DNA of 41,869 nt from an uncultured Candidatus Marinamargulisbacteria bacterium (GTDB lineage: Bacteria; Margulisbacteria; Riflemargulisbacteria; GWF2-35-9): assembly GCA_903902445.1 (NCBI GenBank), contig CAIUUT010000159.1, positions 1 through 41,869 on the forward strand, in the 5' to 3' direction. Under the pieces are notes generated by a model. The model had not been told where the DNA came from, made no database searches, and saw only the letters and a program-made list of their open reading frames with translations. Made by a program: the position numbers and the translations under genes. Below, in pieces: positions 25,588 to 33,411 of this stretch; positions within the stretch are counted from its first letter, which is position 1; every line of letters starts with the position of its first letter.

Positions 25588-26878
25588 GTCCTAATGCTCC
25601 AATATGTTCATGATGCAATATTTTATCAATTTGTATACTGGACACATATTTAGTCTGCAAAGCAGCATCTACAATATTTAAATTACTACTATGCATTAAA
25701 TCTGCCACCTCAGAAGCTTTGTGATAACCTATTAAGGGAATCAGCAAAGCACAACTAGCTGGTGTAGTGAGAAGATTTTCCCGGCATTTACCGGGACAAG
25801 CCACAAGGTCCTTTAAGCATCGGTGATCAAACTTATCAATTGCTTGAGTTAAAATATCTAATGACTCAAATAATAAGTGGGAAATCAAGGGTAAAAAAGC
25901 ATTTAATTCAAGTTCACCATGAGCGATACAACTTGAGGCTACAGCTTCGTTACCTTGAATTTTACGTGCTACTTGAATCACCATCTCCAAAATCACTGGA
26001 TTGACCTTACCAGGCATTATAGTTGAACCGAGCGCTACTTTTGGCAGATCTATTTCACCAAAAGAAGCAAGTAAACGTAGGTCATTAGATATCTTTTCCA
26101 GATTTAGAGACATAACTTTAATCATAGCAAAAACCTCAGCCAACTGGTCATGGTTTTGCGTCGCGTCCACTAGATTTTCTGCTCTAGATAAAGGCAATCC
26201 TGTAAGAAGTCTAAGCTCTTCATTAACTCTGTATATGTATTTACGAGGTGCGTTAACACCTGTACCAATGGCCGTACCACCTAGATTTATGACTCTAATA
26301 CGCTCCTGACATTTAAAAAGTCGCCAGCGATCACGCGCAATAGCCTCAGAATAAGCACCAAATTCCTGTCCTAAAGTTATAGGGACAGCTCGCTGTAATT
26401 GTGTCCGTCCAATTTTAATAATATGATTAAATTCTTTTTCCTTCGTTTGGAGAGTTTGAAGAAGAGTATTTGCAGCATTTTCAGCTTCCTTTAAAAAATA
26501 TAAAGCCGCTATCTTTACCGCAGTAGGATAGACATCATTTGTGGACTGATGCAGGTTAACATGCTCAAGTGGGTCAACTAATACCTTCAACTCCCTATTA
26601 GCGAGAAAGCATGCGATTTCATTAATATTCATATTAGTCGAGGTACCTGCCCCTCCTTGCAAAGGGTCGAGATTAAAATACTCTCTACCAACTCCCTCGC
26701 ACATCTTTACTAATATTTCACAAAGAGCATGTCCAATATCAAGAGGCAAATAACCTAAACTTAAATTGGCACGTGCTGCGGCTAATTTTACCTGACACAG
26801 AGCTGTATAAAAATGAGTATATTGCGGTAATTGAGAATGAATAAAATTGTTTCTGGCTTTATTAGATTCCTCAAACAT
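25580..26878 (-). CDS. Aspartate ammonia-lyase-like protein (class II fumarase/aspartase superfamily), N-terminally short
   Basis: Motifs GGAGTSTNMN, QSTNDVYPTA, GRTQLQRAVPITLGQEF and the SS-loop GSTIMPGKVNP are present. I place the start at ATG 26878 (MFEESNKARNNF). The longer ORF to 27013 overlaps hydG by 143 nt and does not resemble the family N-terminus. Confidence 0.8.
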   Translation of the reverse strand: MFEESNKARNNFIHSQLPQYTHFYTALCQVKLAAARANLSLGYLPLDIGHALCEILVKMCEGVGREYFNLDPLQGGAGTSTNMNINEIACFLANRELKVLVDPLEHVNLHQSTNDVYPTAVKIAALYFLKEAENAANTLLQTLQTKEKEFNHIIKIGRTQLQRAVPITLGQEFGAYSEAIARDRWRLFKCQERIRVINLGGTAIGTGVNAPRKYIYRVNEELRLLTGLPLSRAENLVDATQNHDQLAEVFAMIKVMSLNLEKISNDLRLLASFGEIDLPKVALGSTIMPGKVNPVILEMVIQVARKIQGNEAVASSCIAHGELELNAFLPLISHLLFESLDILTQAIDKFDHRCLKDLVACPGKCRENLLTTPASCALLIPLIGYHKASEVADLMHSSNLNIVDAALQTKYVSSIQIDKILHHEHIGALGHD

Positions 26879-28235
26879 AGATATCTCTTTCACCCTGTTT
26901 GACACGTTGCAAAGTTGATTCAACCTTATTGCGAAGTTTTTCAGGCATTGAGGCCACTTCATCTGATATGATCTTCTGCCCAACACCAAGAGTAGCAGTT
27001 GTTCCAAAATCATCTAAATACTCTTGAAAAGTATACACAGCATTGGGGGCACATTTCATCTTTATTGCTCCAGGCTTTGCTTGTTCCATAAAATCCAACC
27101 CTGTACGTCCAGTTCGATAACAACCCGTGCAAAAAGAAGGGATATGTCCACTTTTACAAACATCTACAATTACTTCATCCAAAGGTCGATGATCACCTAA
27201 ACTAAACTGGGCTTCGCTCTTATCGTTACTATAGCCACCAGGACTGGTTCTACTGCCCGCACTTATTTGTGAAACACCAAGCTCTAAGGCCTCTAAACGC
27301 ATCGCAGCATTTTCTCTTGTACTTAAAATAATCCCAGTATACGGAACTGCCAAACGCAAAATTGCTATTATTTTCTTAAAGTCCATATCATTTACTGGGT
27401 AGGGAGGGTGCGTGGAAACATCGGACCCACTGGCCGGCTCCATTCTGGGAATAGATATTGTGTGAGGGCCCATACCAAACTCATTCTCTAATGAATCAAT
27501 ATGTGACATTAAGGCTAATACTTCATACTTATAATCATATAGTCCAAATAATACACCAATTCCAACATCTTCAATCCCAGCCATAAATGCCCTACCTATA
27601 GCAGTTAATCGATATTCATAATTTGCTTTAGGTCCACCTACATGCATTTTCTTGTAGGTAGGTAAATGATACGTCTCTTGAAACAATTGGTATGTTCCAA
27701 TTTGCTTATCCTTTAAACGCTTAAATTGATCTACTTCTAATGGAGCAAGATTTACATTTAAACGACGGATATTATTCTTCCCATCTCTAACACCGTAAAC
27801 AGTATCGATAGCATTAAAGACGTAATCTAAACCTTCTTTAGGATAAGATTCACCGGCTACCAGTAGTATCCTTTTCTGCCCTGTTTTTAATAAGGCTGTA
27901 GTCTCAGAAGCGATCTCATCCTGTGTAAGGGCTCTTCTTACGGCACTTCTATTAGACGCTCGAAAAGCACAATACAAACATTCATTAGCGCACAAATTAG
28001 AAATATAAAGAGGAGCAAAAATAACGACACGTCGACCATAAATTAGCTCTTTGACCCGACGTGCCGTATTAAAAATATCAGACAACAACACCTCGTCATC
28101 TACTAATAAAAGGGAAGCCACTTCACCTATTGTAAGGCGCTCTAATTGCATGGACTTTGTCAAAATCCTCCCCACTTCCTCCGTAGAGGGGGGGGGAGAA
28201 CTTAAATATCCTACAATATCCAACTCATTAATCAT
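26871..28235 (-). CDS. hydG: [FeFe]-hydrogenase H-cluster radical-SAM maturase HydG
   Basis: 454 aa with CANECLYCAF (CX3CX2C) and the C-terminal CX2CX22C motif (CTGCYRTG...KMKC). Confidence 0.9.
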   Translation of the reverse strand: MINELDIVGYLSSPPPSTEEVGRILTKSMQLERLTIGEVASLLLVDDEVLLSDIFNTARRVKELIYGRRVVIFAPLYISNLCANECLYCAFRASNRSAVRRALTQDEIASETTALLKTGQKRILLVAGESYPKEGLDYVFNAIDTVYGVRDGKNNIRRLNVNLAPLEVDQFKRLKDKQIGTYQLFQETYHLPTYKKMHVGGPKANYEYRLTAIGRAFMAGIEDVGIGVLFGLYDYKYEVLALMSHIDSLENEFGMGPHTISIPRMEPASGSDVSTHPPYPVNDMDFKKIIAILRLAVPYTGIILSTRENAAMRLEALELGVSQISAGSRTSPGGYSNDKSEAQFSLGDHRPLDEVIVDVCKSGHIPSFCTGCYRTGRTGLDFMEQAKPGAIKMKCAPNAVYTFQEYLDDFGTTATLGVGQKIISDEVASMPEKLRNKVESTLQRVKQGERDIYV

Positions 28236-30498
28236 TAAGGTGATCCTTCATAATTTCTTTAACTTTTTTCAAACTTACTCTACTGTATACCTTATCATTT
28301 ACCATAACCACTGGCGCCTGTCCACAAGCACCAATACAACGAGTACATTCAAGCGAGAACTTACCATCTTTAGAAGTCTCCCCCATTTTTAAACCCAACT
28401 CGGACTCAAATTCAGTAATAATGTCACCGGCACCTTTCACGTAACAAGCTGTACCAAGGCAGACATTAATTCTATTACGTCCCTTTTCCTTTAAATGAAA
28501 GAAATGGTAAAAAGTAGCTACTCCATAGATACGCGAAGTAGGTATCTGCATTTTCACGGATATAAAGTCCATGGCCTCTCTAGGTATATATCCAAACAGC
28601 GCTTGTGTCATATGCAACAAAGGCAACAACTGACTCTTGCGATGTTCATCCATTTCCAAAGTGTCCATATGTGCACCTAGCTGGATAAAGCGTGGATCAT
28701 CAGGAGTTATACAACTCTTACTATGATCTAGCTTTGCTGTTCTAGTAATACCACGCGGACTGGTTTCCTTATAAGTTGTATGCAGCCACTCATGAGCTTT
28801 ATGCGAACCATATTTCTCTAATGCCTCTTCATAAAGGTTATGTACGTCCACATTTTCGTGGGAGCGTCTTCTAACACTTGCCTCATCCGAACTATACAGC
28901 GCACTAGCACGTTTTTTAAGTAATTCTTTATCTATCGGCACCATATTACCACCAGCATAGGGCTGGCCACCACCACCTACACAACCACCCAAACAACCCA
29001 TAATTTCAATAAAATGATAGGGCTCTCCGGCTCTTACTTTCTCTAATAAAGTTTGAGCATGTCCAAGGCTAGACGCTACAGCCACGTTTACTGATAAATT
29101 CCCAATTTGCACCTGGGCTTCCTTAATCGCTTCGATAGCCTCACGCACAGGTTTATACTCAATCCCAGGCAATTCTTTGCCCGTAATAAAGTAATAGGCT
29201 GTACGCAGAGCGGCCTCCATAACCCCCCCAGTTGCTCCAAAAATTGTTGCAGCACCAGTGGACTCTCCCAAAGGATGGTCAAACTCACCATCTTCTAACT
29301 TAGGAAGATCAATGCCGGCGGACTTAATCATCCATATTAATTCACGCGTTGTAATAACTGCGTCCACGTATCTATCACCATCTTCTGTCTCCATATTTCC
29401 CCTCATGGACTCGTCTTTTTTAGCAGTACAGCACATAGCTGCTACAGAATACATTTCCTTAGGGGTCTTTCCAATCTTTTTGGAAAAATGTCGTTTAACG
29501 ATACTCCCCATCATGGACATGGGAGATAAACAAGTTGACAAATTATCCAGAAGTTCAGGATAAAATTGCTCAACAAATTTCACCCACGCAGCAGAACAGG
29601 AAGTTATCATTGGCAATTTACCACCAGTCTGTATACGATGTACCAATTCTGAAGCTTCCTCTACTATAGTTAGGTCAGCTGTAAATTGAGTATCAAAAAC
29701 ATAATCAAAACCTAATCTTCTAAGAGCTGTAATTACTTTTTTTTCTAAATTTAAACCTGCCTCCAACCCGAAACCTTCTCCGATAGCGGCACGCACTGAA
29801 GGTGCAAATTGCGCCACAGTTGTCTTAGTCGGATCAGCCAATGCCGCCCAAACATTTGCGGTATAATCATGTTCTAAAAACGCAGCTGTTGGACACACAT
29901 TGATACACTGTCCACAAGAAGAACATACGGACTCACCAAAAGGCATTTCATATGCTGGAATAACATTAGATTGAAAACCTCTATGCACAATATCGATACA
30001 GGACACGCCTTGGATTTCTTTACAAATTCTGACACAGCGTCCACAAAGTATACACTTATTTGGATCACGAATTACTGAATGTGAGGAGAAATCTTTTTCA
30101 TAATGTTTCTTTTCACCCTGAAAAAGTTTCTCACGGACACCAGTAGCATATGCTAAACGTTGCAACTCACAATTGTGGTCGCGTTCGCAGGTATGACAAT
30201 CATCTGGATGGTTATCAAGAATTAATTCTACGATATCTCTTCTAGCTTGGTGGATTTCAGTATTATGTGTAACAACAGACATCCCTTCTTCTACTGGCTG
30301 AGAACAGGACGCTACAAAATCTCTACGCCCTTTTACCTCAACAATACAAACTCTACAAGCACCCTCAATTGAAAGATAAGGGTGATAGCAAAGGGTAGGT
30401 ATCTTTACCCCAATTGTCTTGGCCGCTTCCAAAATAGTGGTCCCCGCAGGTACACTTACTTCAACTTCATCTATGGTTAACTTAACCGTTTTTGTCAT
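28228..30498 (-). CDS. hydA: [FeFe]-hydrogenase catalytic subunit (M3-type N-terminus) with C-terminal fused NuoE/HydC-like [2Fe-2S] domain
   Basis: 756 aa. Domains in order: N-terminal 2Fe-2S, a His-ligated 4Fe-4S (HPDDCHTCERDHNC), two ferredoxin 4Fe-4S motifs, and an H-domain. The H-domain is highly colinear with my recollection of CpI (FAPSVRAA, GATGGVMEAALR, IEIMGCLGGCVGGGGQP). After an SSU-like segment, residues ~600-756 form a NuoE-like domain (CLGTAC...CIGACGQAP). Confidence 0.9.
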   Translation of the reverse strand: MTKTVKLTIDEVEVSVPAGTTILEAAKTIGVKIPTLCYHPYLSIEGACRVCIVEVKGRRDFVASCSQPVEEGMSVVTHNTEIHQARRDIVELILDNHPDDCHTCERDHNCELQRLAYATGVREKLFQGEKKHYEKDFSSHSVIRDPNKCILCGRCVRICKEIQGVSCIDIVHRGFQSNVIPAYEMPFGESVCSSCGQCINVCPTAAFLEHDYTANVWAALADPTKTTVAQFAPSVRAAIGEGFGLEAGLNLEKKVITALRRLGFDYVFDTQFTADLTIVEEASELVHRIQTGGKLPMITSCSAAWVKFVEQFYPELLDNLSTCLSPMSMMGSIVKRHFSKKIGKTPKEMYSVAAMCCTAKKDESMRGNMETEDGDRYVDAVITTRELIWMIKSAGIDLPKLEDGEFDHPLGESTGAATIFGATGGVMEAALRTAYYFITGKELPGIEYKPVREAIEAIKEAQVQIGNLSVNVAVASSLGHAQTLLEKVRAGEPYHFIEIMGCLGGCVGGGGQPYAGGNMVPIDKELLKKRASALYSSDEASVRRRSHENVDVHNLYEEALEKYGSHKAHEWLHTTYKETSPRGITRTAKLDHSKSCITPDDPRFIQLGAHMDTLEMDEHRKSQLLPLLHMTQALFGYIPREAMDFISVKMQIPTSRIYGVATFYHFFHLKEKGRNRINVCLGTACYVKGAGDIITEFESELGLKMGETSKDGKFSLECTRCIGACGQAPVVMVNDKVYSRVSLKKVKEIMKDHLND

Positions 30499-30501
30499 GG
30501 C

Positions 30502-32295
30502 TTACTCCCTTATTATGGCTGCAAACTTGCAGGCTTTGTAGCATTGTCCGCAACGTATACATTCAAGATTACTTATTTCGTGCGGCATTTTCTTCTCACC
30601 AGTAATACAATTACTTGGACATACTTTTTTACACGCACCACATCCGATACATTTATCCTTGATAATCGAATAGGAGAGTAAATCCTTACATACTCCAGCT
30701 GGACATTTATGTTCATTTATGTGGGCTTCATATTCTTTTCTGAACTGCTTAATAGTACTTAACACTGGATTTGGCGCAGCTTTTCCAAGTCCACAAAGTG
30801 AAGACTTCTTAATCATATTTCCCAGACGCTCCAGCTTTTCAATGTCGCCATTTACGCCCTTACCTTCGGATATACGAATTAATATCTCCAACATTCTCTT
30901 TGTTCCTTCTCGGCAAGGAGTACATTTTCCACATGACTCATTTTGAGTAAAGTCTAGAAAGAATTTTGCCACGTCCACCATACAAGTATCTTCGTCCATA
31001 ACAATAAGTCCACCAGACCCCATAATTGATCCAGCAGCATTTAGTGAATCATAATCTATGGGTGTGTCCAAATATTGTTCTGGCAAACATCCACCTGAAG
31101 GGCCACCCGTTTGAGCCGCTTTAAATTTTCTACCGTTACGAATTCCTCCGCCAATATCAAATATAATTTCTCTTAACGTTGTCCCCATTTGCACTTCAAC
31201 TAAGCCAGTATTTTCAACTGCTCCAGCTAATGCAAAGACTTTTGTCCCTTTACTCTTTTCAGTGCCCATAGAGGCAAAATGCTCTGGGCCATCTAGAATA
31301 ATAACGGGGATGTTGGCAAGTGTCTCAACGTTGTTAATAACTGTTGGCTTACCAAAAAGACCTTTTGTTGTTGGGAATGGAGGTCTAGGAGTTGGCATAC
31401 CTCGTTTACCTTCAATAGAATGGATAAGTGCGGTTTCCTCACCACAAACAAAAGCACCAGCCCCTAAACGCAGTTCAATATCAAAATCAAAACCAGAACC
31501 AAGAATATTTTTTCCAATTAAGTTTTTAGCTTTAGCTTGCTCGATGGCAATATTCAAGCGTTTAATAGCCAGAGGGTACTCAGCCCGAATATACACTATT
31601 CCGTTATGGGCCCCTACCGCATATCCAGCTAGGAGAATACCTTCTAACACCGTATGAGGATCCCCCTCAATGGCTGAACGATCCATAAAGGCTCCAGGGT
31701 CTCCTTCGTCTGCATTACATATCATATATTTCACATCCGACACTTCATCATGTGCCATCTGCCATTTCGCGCCAGTGGAGAAACCACCGCCTCCGCGTCC
31801 ACGCAAACCAGAAAGCTTAATATCATCAATTAATCTTTGTGGCGTATACTCCGTTAACACCTTTGCCAAGGCTTCGTAACCACGGCAAGCCAAGTAATCT
31901 TCAATTAACTCTGGATTAATAACACCACAGTTTCTTAAAGTAATACGATACTGCTTACCAAAAAACTCTACATCTCCAAAATGTGGAAAAAAAGAATTAG
32001 CAATTTGCTCGCGCTGCAACATTAAACGTGTCACCCATTTTTTATTCTTTAAATGACTGTTAACAATCTCGGCAATGTCTTCTTTTTTTACTTTACAATA
32101 ATTCACGTTGTCGGGATGAATAGACATTACTGGACCTTGATCACAGAAACCAAGGCATCCACTTTCCACTACTTTCACCTGCTCATCCAACCCAGCCAAT
32201 TTAAGTTCAGCTTTCAAGAGCGTAGACAGTTCCTTATTAGCTTTCAAGCACTTAGAGCCTGCACAAATAGAAATAGCGTATTTATAGTTTTTCAC
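30502..32295 (-). CDS. hydB: NADH-binding hydrogenase subunit HydB/HndC (NuoF-like)
   Basis: An N-terminal thioredoxin-like 2Fe-2S domain (CAGSKC...CLGFC) is followed by the FMN site GRGGGGFSTGAKW, the NADH site GAGAFVCGEETAL, ESCGKCTPCREG, and two C-terminal ferredoxin motifs. I place the start at GTG 32295, 8 nt after AAGGAG. The ORF track starts at GTG 32304. Confidence 0.9.
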   Translation of the reverse strand: MKNYKYAISICAGSKCLKANKELSTLLKAELKLAGLDEQVKVVESGCLGFCDQGPVMSIHPDNVNYCKVKKEDIAEIVNSHLKNKKWVTRLMLQREQIANSFFPHFGDVEFFGKQYRITLRNCGVINPELIEDYLACRGYEALAKVLTEYTPQRLIDDIKLSGLRGRGGGGFSTGAKWQMAHDEVSDVKYMICNADEGDPGAFMDRSAIEGDPHTVLEGILLAGYAVGAHNGIVYIRAEYPLAIKRLNIAIEQAKAKNLIGKNILGSGFDFDIELRLGAGAFVCGEETALIHSIEGKRGMPTPRPPFPTTKGLFGKPTVINNVETLANIPVIILDGPEHFASMGTEKSKGTKVFALAGAVENTGLVEVQMGTTLREIIFDIGGGIRNGRKFKAAQTGGPSGGCLPEQYLDTPIDYDSLNAAGSIMGSGGLIVMDEDTCMVDVAKFFLDFTQNESCGKCTPCREGTKRMLEILIRISEGKGVNGDIEKLERLGNMIKKSSLCGLGKAAPNPVLSTIKQFRKEYEAHINEHKCPAGVCKDLLSYSIIKDKCIGCGACKKVCPSNCITGEKKMPHEISNLECIRCGQCYKACKFAAIIRE

Positions 32296-32645
32296 AACGA
32301 CCACTCCTTAATAATTTTTTTATTTTGAATGTGCTGCTCCACAACCTTTCTAATTTTTTCTGGGGTCATTTCACAATATTTCACGGGAATCTTGTCCTCC
32401 ATCATGACTTGCACAATAGGTTCCTTGTCGCATCGTCCAGAGCAACCTGTCTGTCCGATATAAAGCTCCTTCAAACCTTGTTCCTCTTTTATTTTTAATA
32501 ATTCGCTGTAGACCGCACCCGCACCCGCTGCATTTTCGCAAGTTGCATTACCAACATAAACACGTACTGGAAAATGCTCTCTTAATCCTGCATTCATAGC
32601 TTGCGCATCCTTTTGCATCTCTTTTAACTTCTCTAATGGATTCAT
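32292..32645 (-). CDS. Small thioredoxin-like ferredoxin-fold protein (HndB-like)
   Basis: 117 aa aligning to the thioredoxin-like [2Fe-2S] ferredoxin pattern (VYVGNATC...TGCSGRCDKEPIV). Only three of the four usual Cys are present. It is the first gene after rex. Confidence 0.7.
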   Translation of the reverse strand: MNPLEKLKEMQKDAQAMNAGLREHFPVRVYVGNATCENAAGAGAVYSELLKIKEEQGLKELYIGQTGCSGRCDKEPIVQVMMEDKIPVKYCEMTPEKIRKVVEQHIQNKKIIKEWSL

Positions 32646-32669
32646 CTTATCTCCTTTCTCTTTAATATT

Positions 32670-33290
32670 TTATGCTTGCTCAGGCTCAAGGGCCCCAAAC
32701 AGCAGATATTCCATTTCATAAACTAGATTCACATGATTAACCTTTACAGGCTTAGCAACTTTCAGTATTGCTGGAGTGAAGTTAAGAATTTTCTCTATTC
32801 CACTTTCCACTAATAGTCTAGCAACAGGCTGAGCTGCAATTTCAGGCACTGTAAGAATTGCAAAGGTCACATCTAGCTCTTTCACAGTTTCTGCCAACAT
32901 ATCCATTTTATATATTGGAAGATTTATACCTTTTCGATGTGTTGTATCTTCATCGAAACCCGCCACGATTTGAAAATTATACAAAGAAAAATTATTATAT
33001 TTCATCAAAGCGGAACCAAAAGACCCAACACCTACAACAACAACTTTCTCCACAACGTCCCGATATAGCTCTTTTTTTAGTAAATTCAACAGTTCAGCAA
33101 CAGAATAACCAATACGTTGCTTCCCCTTGGAACGAAACGCCATTAAATCCTTACGCAAAGCAGAAGCGCTCACATTACACAAAGCAGCAAGATTATGCGA
33201 AGAAACGGTTCCCACACCCTGCTTTTGTAAACCGACTAGTGCATTCATATAATCCAAATGACGATATATACTGTTTTTCGTATTTTTCAC
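32670..33290 (-). CDS. rex: Redox-sensing transcriptional repressor Rex
   Basis: A winged-helix N-terminus (VSSHNLAALCNVSASALRKDL) is followed by the Rossmann motif VVGVGSFGSA and ILNFTP. The GTG at 33290 gives the N-terminal length seen in known Rex proteins. The ORF track uses the TTG at 33326. Confidence 0.85.
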   Translation of the reverse strand: MKNTKNSIYRHLDYMNALVGLQKQGVGTVSSHNLAALCNVSASALRKDLMAFRSKGKQRIGYSVAELLNLLKKELYRDVVEKVVVVGVGSFGSALMKYNNFSLYNFQIVAGFDEDTTHRKGINLPIYKMDMLAETVKELDVTFAILTVPEIAAQPVARLLVESGIEKILNFTPAILKVAKPVKVNHVNLVYEMEYLLFGALEPEQA

Positions 33291-33298
33291 GTCATATA

Positions 33299-33316
33299 TT
33301 GTTACATATAGAACAA
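33299..33316. promoter_or_regulatory. Rex-box-like operator candidate
   Basis: TTGTTAC-ATAT-AGAACAA follows the TTGT(N10)ACAA inverted-repeat geometry of Rex operators. It matches 11 of 14 half-site positions of the TTGTTAA-N4-TTAACAA variant. It lies 8 nt upstream of the proposed GTG start of rex. Confidence 0.35.
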
Positions 33317-33411
33317 TAAAAATCAAGTTTTGAAAGTAAAGTTATTTTCAATGCATCAGGGGATAAAAAACAGCAAGGCTTTCTCGTATTTTTATAATTT
33401 TATTGGAGTAG

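Noticed and set aside
26879-27013. 45-codon N-terminal extension of the aspartase-like ORF.
   Set aside because: It overlaps the hydG 3' end in another frame and has no similarity to aspartase N-termini. The ATG at 26878 gives a classic coupled ATG..TGA overlap.
33327-33360. TTGAAA-N10-TTTCAA inverted repeat upstream of rex as a Rex box.
   Set aside because: The spacing is wrong for a Rex operator (22 nt versus 18 nt overall), and the half-sites lack the TGT/ACA core. The 33299-33316 site is the better candidate.
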